A stretch of DNA of 64,000 nucleotides from Hyalangium minutum (GCF_000737315.1 NZ_JMCB01000030.1:1-64000), one strand, 5' to 3'. Counted from the stretch's first letter, positions 44,661-55,891 are shown. Program-made: numbers and translations. The notes: generated by a model not told the origin, from the letters alone.

Positions 44661-46235
44661 CTACGGCATGGGAACGCTCTGAGGGAAGTGGAAGAAGTCC
44701 TTCGGATCGTAGTGGCGCCGGATCTTCTCCAGCTTGTCCAGGTTGCTGCTCCAGTAGCGCTGGGCGTAGTCCGGCGTCTCCGGATACGGGTAGTTCTGGT
44801 ACGACTGGCCATTGAGCAGGGGCTTCGCCGGCTGGACGAAGCCGGTCAGCCACTTCTGGGCCTCCGCCCGCTGCGACTCCTCCAGCCACATCGAGATCCA
44901 GCTGAAGTCCATGTACACGTCGCGGTGGACGAACGCGGTGTCGTGCGGCGGGACGCGGTTGATGGCGCCGCCGTAAGGCTCGATGAGGATGAAGGTCAGA
45001 CTCATGTTCTGCTCTTCATTCCCGTTCTTGACGCGGAACACCGGTGACGTCTTGAAGTACTCGATGGCACTGGCCCACTCGTCCCGGCGGAGCTTCCGGC
45101 CGACGTAGCCCGCCATCTGGTTGGCCAGGTACGGGGAGTTGGGAGGCAGCTCCGGGATGTCCGCCACGAGCGAGTCGTTCAGGTACCGGTACGTCCCCCG
45201 CTTGGAGATGGCGAGATGCCCCGTCTTCAGCAAGGGGGCCAGCTCCTTGCGGCCCTCGGACTCCTCGCCGTGGTACATGCCGCGCATCACCAGCACCTGC
45301 TTGGGGGGCCGGCCGTGCTTCCCGGGCTGCGACATCACCACGGCCAGGTAGCCCAAGCGGTCCGACGCGCCCTCCTTCGTGTAGTGCTCCTGGAGTTGCT
45401 GGAGGGCCTCGGGGGCCTGGTCGATGCTCCACTGGATGCCAAAGCCCCAGACCTCCCGGAGATGATAGAGCTCGTATTCCAGCTCCAGCAGGACACCGAA
45501 GTTGTTGCCCGTCCCGCCCCGGAGCGCCCAGAAGAGCTCGGTGTGCTCCTTGGCGCTGGCGTGCACGATGCGGCCGTCCGCCAGCATCACCGTCGCCCCG
45601 CGCAGGGCATCGCAGTTCATCCCGTACTCGCGCGAGGTGAAGCCGTAGCCACCGCCCATCATATGTCCAGCCACCGCCACATCGCCGCAGCCCCCCCCGG
45701 GCACGTGCAGCCCGTACCCGTCGAGGACCGCGTTCAACAGATCGAGCGGCGTCCCCGCTCCGACGCGAGCGCGCTTCTGGCCCTCGTCGACGACGCAGTA
45801 GCGGATCTGGCTCACGTCGATGATCATCCCGCCGTTGTTGGCCGAATACCCCGCCGTGCTGTGGCCCCCAGAGCGGCAGGTGACTCGGAGCGAGTGCTGG
45901 TGCGCGAACTCCAGGCACCGCCGCACGTCGTCCGCGCACTCGCAGTAGACGATGAGCTGGGGATACTTCTGGAACGCCTGATTGAAGAGCTGCCGGGCCG
46001 TCTCGTAGTCCGGGTCATAGGGCGTGACGACCTTGCCCAACAGGGGCCGCTCTGGATCTCCCAAGGTGGCCAGTTGCTCGGGAGTGAGGCTCTCCCACAG
46101 CGGGGGCTTCTCTGGCATCTGGAACAGGGCCGAGGCCTCGCGGGCCAGGGTGTTCATGCCCGGCTTCCCGGTGGCCTGGCTCCATCTCTGAATGCGCTCG
46201 TACTGCGCCACTGCCCTCTTGGTGCGCGCGAACAT
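44661..46235 (-). CDS. berberine-bridge-enzyme-like FAD oxidase
   Basis: RSGGHS, GGGCGDVAVAGHMMGGGYG, WALRGGTGNNFG, YQNYP, N..L..I..YDP..FF. Confidence 0.88.
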   Translation of the reverse strand: MFARTKRAVAQYERIQRWSQATGKPGMNTLAREASALFQMPEKPPLWESLTPEQLATLGDPERPLLGKVVTPYDPDYETARQLFNQAFQKYPQLIVYCECADDVRRCLEFAHQHSLRVTCRSGGHSTAGYSANNGGMIIDVSQIRYCVVDEGQKRARVGAGTPLDLLNAVLDGYGLHVPGGGCGDVAVAGHMMGGGYGFTSREYGMNCDALRGATVMLADGRIVHASAKEHTELFWALRGGTGNNFGVLLELEYELYHLREVWGFGIQWSIDQAPEALQQLQEHYTKEGASDRLGYLAVVMSQPGKHGRPPKQVLVMRGMYHGEESEGRKELAPLLKTGHLAISKRGTYRYLNDSLVADIPELPPNSPYLANQMAGYVGRKLRRDEWASAIEYFKTSPVFRVKNGNEEQNMSLTFILIEPYGGAINRVPPHDTAFVHRDVYMDFSWISMWLEESQRAEAQKWLTGFVQPAKPLLNGQSYQNYPYPETPDYAQRYWSSNLDKLEKIRRHYDPKDFFHFPQSVPMP

Positions 46236-46300
46236 CCGGTCTCTCCTCGGTGAACCTACCCGCCACATTCTACGGTGAGGTAGGGTCCATCCGACCGCCC

Positions 46301-48487
46301 ATGCGCCCTTCCCTTGAGGCCATCCTGCGTTGGAGCCCTGATCTGCAGGTAGAGCCTGCGGCTTCGGGAGGAGCTCTCCTGCTGAGCGAGCAGGCGTGGT
46401 TCCCGCTCGTCGAGAGCCCCTACGAGGAACTGGCGGCACTGGTGGATGGCCAGCGCACGGTCCAGGAGATCCTGGAGGCCGCCGCTCCCGCGCTCACGCC
46501 TCACGAGGTCTTCTTCGCGCTGCGCGACTTGCTGGAGCAGGGCTACCTCGTGGAGCTGCCGCCCGGGAGCGAGTCCCCACTGGTGGGATTCTGGTCCGCG
46601 ATGGGCGCTGAGCCTGGCTCCGCCTCGGAGCGGGTGGCCTCTACACCCGTCTCGGTGGCGGGTGGCGGCGAGCCCGTGGCCACCCTGCTCGCGGAGGCAC
46701 TGCGTGGGGCCGGACTGGACGTGCGCCCCGATGCCGCACTGCGCGTGGTTGCCACCGACGACTACCTGTCTCCCGAGCTCGAGGCTTTCAGTGAGCGGGC
46801 CCGGGCCGAGGGCGTGACGTGGCTGCCGGTGAAGCCCGGTGGCCGCAGGGGCTGGTTCGGCCCGCTGGTCCGTCCATCGCAGGGCCCGTGCTGGCACTGT
46901 CTGACGGAGCGGCTGAGGATGAACCGCGCCGCCGAGCAGGTGGCGGGCGTCTCACGGCGTCCCTTACCCTCTCCTCCCGCCGCCGTGAGCGCCTGTCTCC
47001 AGGTGGCAGCCGTGCAGCTCGCCCGGTGGATTGCCTCCGGTCCCGAGTCAGATGCGCTGGACCCGCTCATCACGCTGGATCACCGGACGCTGGAGGTGAA
47101 ACGGCACCCCGTCACCCGCCTCCCCCACTGTGCCCGCTGCGGGCAGCCCGCTCAGGCCCCTGCGCGCGCAGGGGCGCCCCTCGTGCTGTCTCCGCGGCCC
47201 AAGCGCTTCACCCGGGAGGGTGGACACCGGATCTGCTCCCCGGAGGAGACCTCTCAACGGCTGGCCTCGCAGCTCAGTCCCCTCACCGGCATCATCTCTG
47301 GGGTGAATCCCGTGCCTCGGAGCGAGCCAGCGCCGTGGACCACGTTCGCCGCGCACTACTCCGTGCCGGTCCGCCCGGGGGACACCCTGCGCTCGCTCCA
47401 GCGCCGCTTCAGCAGCGGCAAGGGCGTCACCGAGGCTCAGGCCCAGGTGAGCGCCCTGTGCGAGGCCATCGAGCGGCACCACTGCTTCCTCCATGGGGAC
47501 GAGCCCCGGGTGCATGCCCGCGCGCACGAGCTGGATGCTCCGCACGTGCCGCCGCACGAGCTGCTGCACTTCAGCGAGGCCCAGTACCGGAATCGGGCCT
47601 CCTGGAACGAGCAGGTGTACGATCCCCGCCAGCGCATCCCCGCGCCCGTGTCCTTGGACGCCCCGCTGGACTGGACCCCTGCGTGGTCGCTCACGCATCA
47701 GGCGCGCCGCTACCTCCCCACCGCGCTCTGCTACGAGGTGCCGCCCCCAGCGGGAGAGCCCTTCTGCTTCCACAACTACCATGGGCACGCCGCGGGCAAC
47801 GTCCTGGAGGAGGCCATCCTCCAAGGCTTCCTGGAGCTGGTGGAGCGGGATGCCATCGCGCTGTGGTGGTACCCCCGTGTCCCGCGCCCCCAAGTGGCCC
47901 TGGAGCGCTTCGAGAGCCCGTGGATCGGCTCGATTCAGCAGTGGTACCGCGAGCGGGGGTGGAAACTGCAGGTCGTGGACATCACCACGGACCTGGGCAT
48001 CCCCGTCTTCGCAGCCGCCGCGTACGCCCCGGCTCAGCAACAGCTCTACCTGGGCTTTGGCTGCCACCTGGAGGCGCCCCTGGGAGTGCAGCGAGCGCTG
48101 ACCGAGCTGAACCAGATGCTCGACTGGGGACGGGCGAGCGGGGATGACGGCTCGCAGCGCGTGGATCCGGAGGCGCTGGAGTTCCTCCTGGGTGAGAGCG
48201 CGCTCCCCGCCAAGGGCCCCTCGGACTACACGGCCCAGGCGTCGGGAGATCTGCGCGAGGACATCCTCACGTGTGTGGAGCGGACGCGGGCCCTCGGGAT
48301 GGACTTCCTGGTGGTGGACCAGACCCGCCCCGAGGTCGACTTCCCGGTCGTCAAAGTGGTCGTCCCCCCGCTGCGGCACCACTGGCCTCGCTTCGGCCCC
48401 GGCCGGCTGTACGACGTGCCCGTGAAGCTCGGGTGGCGGAGTGCCCCCGTGGAAGAGGCCGCGCTCAACCCCTTCTTCCCTTTTTGA
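46301..48487 (+). CDS. fused TOMM leader-binding/E1-like + YcaO cyclodehydratase
   Basis: WFGPLVRP..PCWHCL..R, SSGKG, EAIER, GHAAG, ELVERDA, C-terminal LNPFFPF; GTG 46250 is an alternative start. Confidence 0.92.
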   Translation: MRPSLEAILRWSPDLQVEPAASGGALLLSEQAWFPLVESPYEELAALVDGQRTVQEILEAAAPALTPHEVFFALRDLLEQGYLVELPPGSESPLVGFWSAMGAEPGSASERVASTPVSVAGGGEPVATLLAEALRGAGLDVRPDAALRVVATDDYLSPELEAFSERARAEGVTWLPVKPGGRRGWFGPLVRPSQGPCWHCLTERLRMNRAAEQVAGVSRRPLPSPPAAVSACLQVAAVQLARWIASGPESDALDPLITLDHRTLEVKRHPVTRLPHCARCGQPAQAPARAGAPLVLSPRPKRFTREGGHRICSPEETSQRLASQLSPLTGIISGVNPVPRSEPAPWTTFAAHYSVPVRPGDTLRSLQRRFSSGKGVTEAQAQVSALCEAIERHHCFLHGDEPRVHARAHELDAPHVPPHELLHFSEAQYRNRASWNEQVYDPRQRIPAPVSLDAPLDWTPAWSLTHQARRYLPTALCYEVPPPAGEPFCFHNYHGHAAGNVLEEAILQGFLELVERDAIALWWYPRVPRPQVALERFESPWIGSIQQWYRERGWKLQVVDITTDLGIPVFAAAAYAPAQQQLYLGFGCHLEAPLGVQRALTELNQMLDWGRASGDDGSQRVDPEALEFLLGESALPAKGPSDYTAQASGDLREDILTCVERTRALGMDFLVVDQTRPEVDFPVVKVVVPPLRHHWPRFGPGRLYDVPVKLGWRSAPVEEAALNPFFPF

Positions 48488-48528
48488 CAGCTCCCCTCGC
48501 GGATTTCCCGGCGTAGGGTGGCGAGGCC

Positions 48529-49689
48529 ATGCGCAACGGGATGCGAGTCATCGACGCGGATCGCCACGTCTTCGAGCCGCTGGAGATGTGGCGCACCTAC
48601 CTGGATCCCCGCTTCCGGGACGATGCCCCCGTCGCCGTGCCTCGCCCCATCCACGAGCCGCTGGCGGAACGTGTGAGCAGGCTCGGCGCCCGGGGCCTCA
48701 CCTATCAGCCCGTCGACATCCTGGTGCGCGGCCAGCCCATCCAGCGCCCCCTCTCCGAGCGCGCGGAGCTGGCGCTGCTCGATGCCGAGGAGCGCGCGGA
48801 CGCGGACCTGGACACCTCCACCCCCGAGGCCCACCTGGCGCACATGGATGGCTGCGGCGTGGATCTGGCCTTCTGTTACCCCTCCACTGCCCTGTACATC
48901 GTCGGGATGGAGACGCTCGAGCCGGAGCTCGCGCACGCCCTGGTCACCGCCTACAACCGGTGGCTGCACGACTTCTGCAGCGCGGCCCCCGAGCGGCTCC
49001 AAGGCGTCGGGCTGGTGGCGCCCCACGCGCCGAAGGCCATGGTGGAGACGCTCGATCAGATCTCCTCCTATGGCTGGCGCGCCGTGGTGCTCCGGCCCAA
49101 CCTGCTCCAGGGCCGCTCGCTGAGCCACCCGGACTTCGAGGCCTTCTGGGCCGCCTGTGCCGAGCGCTCGCTCGCGGTGGCCCTCCACGAGGGTGCCCAT
49201 GCGCTGCGCCCCACCGCAGGAGCCGACCGCTACACCACGCGCTTCGGCCAGCATGCGTGCTCCCACCCCATGGAGCAGATGATGGGGATGCTGGACCTCA
49301 TCGAGGGCGGCATCCTGGAGCGCCACCCCCACCTGCGTGTGGGCTTCTTCGAGGCGGGCTGCGGCTGGGTCCCCCCCTGGCTCTGGCGCCTGGACGAAGT
49401 CGAATACAAGCACCTGGCCTCTGAAGTCGCCGAGCGGGTGAAGCGGAAGCCCTCGGACTACGTGCGCCGCCAGTGCTTCGTCACCCTGGAGCCGGGCGAG
49501 CCGGGGATCAGCGAGGCCTTGAGCTGGATGGGAGCGGACCGGCTGCTGTTCGGCACCGACTTTCCCCACGCCGATCACGACGGCTCCATCGTGGACGAGG
49601 TGCTGCGGCTGGAGCAGCGGCTGCCTCCCGGGGTGCTCGCGGGAATCCTCGGGGCCAATGCCGAGGCCTTCTATGGCCTGAGCCGGTGA
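48529..49689 (+). CDS. amidohydrolase_2 family protein
   Basis: IDADRH, ALHEG, FFEAGCGW, LFGTDFPHAD. Confidence 0.88.
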   Translation: MRNGMRVIDADRHVFEPLEMWRTYLDPRFRDDAPVAVPRPIHEPLAERVSRLGARGLTYQPVDILVRGQPIQRPLSERAELALLDAEERADADLDTSTPEAHLAHMDGCGVDLAFCYPSTALYIVGMETLEPELAHALVTAYNRWLHDFCSAAPERLQGVGLVAPHAPKAMVETLDQISSYGWRAVVLRPNLLQGRSLSHPDFEAFWAACAERSLAVALHEGAHALRPTAGADRYTTRFGQHACSHPMEQMMGMLDLIEGGILERHPHLRVGFFEAGCGWVPPWLWRLDEVEYKHLASEVAERVKRKPSDYVRRQCFVTLEPGEPGISEALSWMGADRLLFGTDFPHADHDGSIVDEVLRLEQRLPPGVLAGILGANAEAFYGLSR

Positions 49690-49716
49690 GCCGAGGCAGG
49701 GCCCTTCGAAAAGCGA

Positions 49717-49745
49717 AACGGCTCGGCGGAGTCCGCCGAGCCGTT
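49717..49745. terminator. 13-bp hairpin between convergent genes
   Basis: AACGGCTCGGCGG-AGT-CCGCCGAGCCGTT. Confidence 0.65.
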
Positions 49746-49786
49746 CACAGGCAACCGTAGATGTTCAGTTGCCCGCGGAGACCGCG

Positions 49787-49945
49787 CTAGGCAGTCGGGG
49801 CAGGAGCCGCCGCCGCCTTCTTGCGGCTGGAGGTCTTGCGGGCGGCAGTCTTGCGCGCCCCGCCCTTCTTCGCCGTCGCCGTCTTCTTCTTCGGCGCAGC
49901 AGCCTTCTTGGTGGTCTTCTTCGCGGTCTTCTTCTTCGCGGCCAT
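49787..49945 (-). CDS. small Lys/Ala-rich histone H1-like protein
   Basis: MAAKKKTAKKTTKKAAAPKKK.. 52 aa; GGAGGG RBS. Confidence 0.75.
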   Translation of the reverse strand: MAAKKKTAKKTTKKAAAPKKKTATAKKGGARKTAARKTSSRKKAAAAPAPTA

Positions 49946-50090
49946 GCAAACCCTCCGTTGAGTTGGGTGCCCACACCCAATGGGGGTGGGGCCCTGCACT
50001 CCGACACACTGTGGCTGAGTGCTTGTGGTGAATGGTAGAGGCGATAGGCGTGTGTGTCAACGCATGGTGACGTATTGCACTGCGTGGCGG

Positions 50091-50218
50091 GGCCGAATTT
50101 TAGGCCTCCGCGCACTCCGCGGGCCGAAAACGGCGCCGCGCAGCAGCGAGCGAGCGTGCTCCGAGGCCGGTAAATCGGCTCCGGAAGCGATCCGCGCGGA
50201 GGCCGGTAAATCGGCCTC
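50091..50218. repeat. four GGCCG-(A/T loop)-CGGC hairpin-like repeats
   Basis: Units at 50091, 50122, 50165 and 50201; GAGGCCGGTAAATCGGC is exact at 50163 and 50199. Confidence 0.55.
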
Positions 50219-50325
50219 GGACGCGACAAGTCGCGGGTACGAGGCAAGTGTCCGCTGGCCCGCAGAGCAGGCAGGGAACACCGCGCTTCCGCCCGTAGGT
50301 GCCGGCATCTAGGGTGCCGCCCGCG

Positions 50326-51648
50326 ATGAGTGCCGACGAGAGGACGTTTCCCGAGGGCTTCACCTTCGGAGTCGCCACCTCCGCCTACCAGGTGGAGGGT
50401 GGCATCGAGAACGACTGGGCCGAGTGGGAGCGCGCCGGGAAGCTGAAGGACCCGCACATGCGCTGCGGGCGCGCGGTGGACCACTGGAACCGTTACGAAG
50501 AGGACTATGGGCTCGCCCTGCAGGCCGGGGCCTCGGCCTTCCGCGTGTCGCTGGAGTGGGCGCGCATCGAGCCGGAGCGCGGCCGGTATGACGGCGCGGC
50601 GCTCGAGGCCTACCGGGAGCGGCTGCTGCGGATGAAGGCGCGCGGCCTGCGGCCCGTGGTGACGCTGCACCACTTCACCCACCCCACGTGGTTCCACCGC
50701 GAGACGCCCTGGCACACGCCGGCCAGTGTGGAGGCCTTCCGCGCCTACACCCGCGCGTGCGCGCCCGTCCTGAAGGGCCTGGATGCGCTGCTCATCACCC
50801 TCAACGAGCCCATGGTGGTGCTGCTGGGTGGCTATCTGCAGGGGCTGCTTCCTCCGGGCATCGCCGACGGCGAGAAGACGATGCGGGCGATGGAGAACAT
50901 GGTGCGCGCACATGCGGCCGCGCGCCAGGAACTGACCGCCGTGCTCGGCAAGGTGGAGCTGGGCATCTCGCAGAACATGCTCTGCTTCGCGCCGGACCGG
51001 TGGTGGCACCCGCTGGACCGCGCGCTCGTGCGGCTCGGCGCCCACGCCTACAACCACGCCTTCCACGAGGCGCTCGTCACCGGGAAGCTGCGCGTGACGA
51101 TGCCCGGCGTGGCCTCCACCCGCGTGGACATCCCCGAGGCCAAGGACTCCTGCGAGTTCATCGGCGTGAACTACTACTCGCGCGCCCACCTGCGCTTCAT
51201 GCCCCGCCCCCCGTTCATCGAGTTCAAGTTCCGGGACAAGCTCGGCCGGGGCCTCACGGACATCGGCTGGGAGGACTACCCCGAGGGCTTCGGGCAGATC
51301 CTCTCCGAGGTGAAGCGCTACGGGCTCCCCGTCTGGGTGACGGAGAACGGCCTGGATGACCGGAACGGGCTGCGGCGGCCTCACTACATCCACTCGCACC
51401 TGGCGCAGGTGCTGGACGCGCGCGCGCGGGGCGTGGACGTGCGCGGGTACCTCTACTGGAGCCTGCTGGACAACTTCGAGTGGCTGGAGGGCTGGGGCCC
51501 CCGCTTCGGGCTCTACCACGTGGACTTCGACACGCTGGAGCGCCGCCCCACCCCGGCCTGCGACTACTTCCGCACCGTGGCCCAGGGCCGGAAGCTCGTC
51601 GCCCCCAGCACGCCCGCGCCGTCCGCTCAGCCCAGCGCAGCCCGGTAG
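50326..51648 (+). CDS. GH1 beta-glucosidase
   Basis: FGVATSAYQVEG, TLNEP, VTENG, WSLLDNFEW. Confidence 0.95.
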   Translation: MSADERTFPEGFTFGVATSAYQVEGGIENDWAEWERAGKLKDPHMRCGRAVDHWNRYEEDYGLALQAGASAFRVSLEWARIEPERGRYDGAALEAYRERLLRMKARGLRPVVTLHHFTHPTWFHRETPWHTPASVEAFRAYTRACAPVLKGLDALLITLNEPMVVLLGGYLQGLLPPGIADGEKTMRAMENMVRAHAAARQELTAVLGKVELGISQNMLCFAPDRWWHPLDRALVRLGAHAYNHAFHEALVTGKLRVTMPGVASTRVDIPEAKDSCEFIGVNYYSRAHLRFMPRPPFIEFKFRDKLGRGLTDIGWEDYPEGFGQILSEVKRYGLPVWVTENGLDDRNGLRRPHYIHSHLAQVLDARARGVDVRGYLYWSLLDNFEWLEGWGPRFGLYHVDFDTLERRPTPACDYFRTVAQGRKLVAPSTPAPSAQPSAAR

Positions 51649-52640
51649 TCCACGTCCTGCTCCTCCGAGGGGCCGGACGCATCCACCTGCGCGGCCACGA
51701 AGAAGCGGCGCACGGAGGCCTCCACCGCCTCGGGGGTGTCCAGCGCGTTCACCTCCGCACGGAAGGCCGCGGCGCCGTACAGCCCGTGCGCGTACCACGC
51801 CATGTGCCGCCGGAAGCTGCGCACCGCCCCGAGCGCATCGCCCACGAACTCCACGTGCCCCCGGAAGTGGGCCAGCACGCCCTCGCAGCGCTCCTCGGGC
51901 GTGGGGGGCTCGCCGCCTGTCAGCTCTCGGAAGATCCACGGGTTGCCCAGCGCCGCCCGGCCAATCATCACGAAGTCACAGCCCGTGGAGTCCAGCATCC
52001 GCTGCGCGTCCGCCGGCGTCTTCACGTCCCCGTTGCCGATGATGATGCGGTCCGGGAAGTGGCGCTTGAGGTCCGCGATGACACCCCAGTCCGCCTGCCC
52101 CGAGTAGCCCTGCTCGCGGGTGCGCGGGTGGATGGCCAGGGCCGCGCAGCCCGCGTCGAAGAGCTGGCCGGCCAGCTGGAGGTAGTTGCGGCTCTTGTGG
52201 TCCCAGCCCGAGCGAATCTTGCAGGTGACGGGCAGCCCCGAGGCCTCGCGGATGCGCCGGACAATCTCGGCGGCGCGCGGGGGCTCGCACAGGAGGGCAC
52301 TGCCCGCGCCGTTCTTCGTCACCTTCTTCACCGGGCAGCCCATGTTGATGTCGATGATCTGGGCGCCGTACTCCTTGCCCATCACCGACGCCCGGGCCAT
52401 GGCCTCGGGGTCTCCGCCGAAGATTTGGAGCGAGTAGGGCCGCTCTACCTCGGCATCGAAGCGCAGGTACTTGAGCGTGCGCTGGTTGGCGTGCATGAGC
52501 CCCTGGGAGCTCACCAGCTCGGTGGGGCACAGGGCCGCGCCCATCTTGAAGGCGATGACGCGGTAGGGCCGCTCGCTCACCCCCGCCATGGGCGCCAGGA
52601 TGTAGGGGTTCGGAAGGGTGTAAGGGCCGATCTGCAGCAT
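51627..52640 (-). CDS. dusB: tRNA-dihydrouridine synthase B
   Basis: LAPMAGVS, QIFG, IDINMGCP, KIRSGWD, IHPRTR, GNGDV, MIGRAA. Confidence 0.93.
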   Translation of the reverse strand: MLQIGPYTLPNPYILAPMAGVSERPYRVIAFKMGAALCPTELVSSQGLMHANQRTLKYLRFDAEVERPYSLQIFGGDPEAMARASVMGKEYGAQIIDINMGCPVKKVTKNGAGSALLCEPPRAAEIVRRIREASGLPVTCKIRSGWDHKSRNYLQLAGQLFDAGCAALAIHPRTREQGYSGQADWGVIADLKRHFPDRIIIGNGDVKTPADAQRMLDSTGCDFVMIGRAALGNPWIFRELTGGEPPTPEERCEGVLAHFRGHVEFVGDALGAVRSFRRHMAWYAHGLYGAAAFRAEVNALDTPEAVEASVRRFFVAAQVDASGPSEEQDVDYRAALG

Positions 52641-52736
52641 GGAGGAACGGTGGGAATTCTGGCGGACTGGCTACCATAAAGCAGTGCCCGAGCAACGGCC
52701 TGCGCAGCCGTACCCTAACGGTTAAGGTGCTCCCCC

Positions 52737-54119
52737 ATGTTCCGCTTTCGCCTCGGAAGCATTCCCGTCGAGGTCCAGGCCAGCCACCTCATCACCTCCG
52801 CGGTGCTGGGCCTCAGCTTCGCACCTGCTGGCCGACCAGGCCTCATCGGCTCGATGGGGTTCCAGGTCGTCTCCTGGATGTTCATCGTCTTCGTCTCCGT
52901 GCTCATCCACGAGCTGGGCCATGCCGTGGCCAGCAAGGCCTTCGGCTACCAGCCGAGCATCACCCTCGAATGGATGGGCGGGCACACCCGGCCCAACGCC
53001 CCGGGCCCCATCCCCTGGAGCCGGGACGTGCTGCTGACGCTGGCAGGGCCCCTCTTCGGCCTGGGGCTCGGGATCGCCTGCTATGTGGGCAAGCGCTCCC
53101 TGGGCCACCAGTCCGATGTGCTCGCCTACCTGCTGGGCGTGGGAGCGCTCGCCAACTTCTTCTGGGCCGGGCTCAATATGGCCCCCGTGCTTCCTTTGGA
53201 TGGAGGCCGGATTACAAGTGTGTTGGCCATGCGGCTCTTCGGCCGGGAGCGGGGCTTCCTGTGGGCCCAGATCCTCGCGGTCATCACCTCCGTGGGCCTC
53301 GTGCTCTGGAGCATCGACAACCGGCAGATGTTCCTGGCCGTCTTCTTCGCCATGTTCGGGTTCCAAGCCCTGCGCGCCGCTTACGACGCCATGAAGGGGC
53401 CGGAGCAGGAGTCCCGGGAGCAGTCTCCCCAGGCGAACACGCTCCAGAGGGCCCAAGCGGCGCTGGCGAAGAACCAGCTCGAGGAAGCGCGGCACCTGGC
53501 CGCCACGGTGCTGGACTCGGGCGAGGCGCTCACGCCCGACCTGGCCAGCCGCGCCCACCACACGCTGGGGTGGGTGGCGCTCAAGAAGGGCCAGGGGCGC
53601 ATGGCGCTCGACCACTTCTCCCAAGTGCAGGGCCAGCCGGTGGAGCCCCAGGCGCTGGCGGCGGCCTTCTCCTTAATAGGAGACGAGGGCCGCGCTCTGC
53701 CGCTGTGGGAGATGGCCTGGCGCGACAGCGGAGACCGCACGGTGATGCACGAGTACGCCGGCAGCTTGATCCGCGCGGGCAAGGAGCCCCAGGCGCTGCG
53801 GCTGCCCCAGGTGGACCCCGCGGCGGCCTTCTCGTGCGCGGAGCGGGTGCTCTTCATCCGGGGCGCCTTCTCCGAGGCGGCGGCCATGGGAGAGCGGGCC
53901 CTGGCGTACGCCCCCAGCGCCACCATCGCCTATGACGCGGCATGCGCGTTCGCCCGTGCACACAACATTCCTGACGCGGTGCGCCTGCTGCAACGCGCCA
54001 AGGAGCTGGGGTTCCGGGATGGGACCTATGCCGCCTCGGACGAGGATCTGGCTCCCCTCCATGGAAACCCGGGGTTCGAGGCCTGGCTCACGGAACTTCG
54101 GCAATCTGCGCCGTCCTGA
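52737..54119 (+). CDS. site-2 (M50) protease with C-terminal TPRs
   Basis: HELGH, LAGP, NMAPVLPLDGG; YDAACAFA TPR. Confidence 0.87.
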   Translation: MFRFRLGSIPVEVQASHLITSAVLGLSFAPAGRPGLIGSMGFQVVSWMFIVFVSVLIHELGHAVASKAFGYQPSITLEWMGGHTRPNAPGPIPWSRDVLLTLAGPLFGLGLGIACYVGKRSLGHQSDVLAYLLGVGALANFFWAGLNMAPVLPLDGGRITSVLAMRLFGRERGFLWAQILAVITSVGLVLWSIDNRQMFLAVFFAMFGFQALRAAYDAMKGPEQESREQSPQANTLQRAQAALAKNQLEEARHLAATVLDSGEALTPDLASRAHHTLGWVALKKGQGRMALDHFSQVQGQPVEPQALAAAFSLIGDEGRALPLWEMAWRDSGDRTVMHEYAGSLIRAGKEPQALRLPQVDPAAAFSCAERVLFIRGAFSEAAAMGERALAYAPSATIAYDAACAFARAHNIPDAVRLLQRAKELGFRDGTYAASDEDLAPLHGNPGFEAWLTELRQSAPS

Positions 54120-54201
54120 CACAGCCATGACAAAGGGGGGTGTTGATTGCGGGTGAGACTGGGCAGCTTCCTGTCCGGTCTGCATCCCGCCGAGGCGCTT
54201 T

Positions 54202-55206
<1,005 letters not shown>

Positions 55207-55261
55207 GCCGGCTGTCGGGTCGTAAAAGGTACACGCCCCGGGGCGCTCGCCCCGGGGTAGA

Positions 55262-55891
55262 GTGCGCGGGCCTGTGTCACCCCCTTCCCTGAAACCTGAA
55301 TCGGGCCTCCCGCGTACAGGAACGGCCTCGGCGAGCTCCGCCGAGGTGTCCGACGAGGAGTTGATGGCCCGGTTCTGTCAGGGAGATGCCCCGGCGTTTG
55401 ATGCGCTCTTCCAGCGCTATTCGCGGCCGGTGCATGGCTACCTGGCCCGGCTGACGGGCAGCCCCTCGGCGGCCGAGGATCTGGTCCAGCTGACGTTCCT
55501 GTCCGTGGTGCGCGCGCGTGGCCGCTTCCAGGCCGGAGCGCGGGTGAAGCCGTGGCTGTACGCCATCGCCACCAACGCGGCGAGAGACCATCAGCGGCGT
55601 GGCCGGAGGCCGGAGGAGCTCACCGCAGAGGGAGAGCTGCCCGCGACGGTGGCCGCGGAGACGCCCGGGCCTCGGGACACGGGGCTGGAGCGCACGGTGC
55701 AGCGAGCGCTGGAGCTGCTCCCCGAGGGCCAGCGCGTCCCCATCATGCTCCACCGCTTCGAGGGGATGAGCTTCGCGGAGATTGCCGAGTCCATGGGGCT
55801 GACAGAGTCGGCGGTGAAGGTGCGCGCCCACCGGGGCTACGCGCGGCTGCGCGAGCTGCTGGCGGAGCTGCGAGAGGAGTCGAGCGGATGA
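55262..55891 (+). CDS. ECF sigma factor, CarQ-like
   Basis: AEDLVQLTFLSVVRARGRF, WLYAIATNAARD, VKVRAHRGY.RLRELL. Confidence 0.9.
   Translation: MRGPVSPPSLKPESGLPRTGTASASSAEVSDEELMARFCQGDAPAFDALFQRYSRPVHGYLARLTGSPSAAEDLVQLTFLSVVRARGRFQAGARVKPWLYAIATNAARDHQRRGRRPEELTAEGELPATVAAETPGPRDTGLERTVQRALELLPEGQRVPIMLHRFEGMSFAEIAESMGLTESAVKVRAHRGYARLRELLAELREESSG

Noticed and set aside
51627-52640. Functional link between dusB and the tRNA-like RNAs
   Set aside because: 35 kb away in a core-gene context; no sequence evidence
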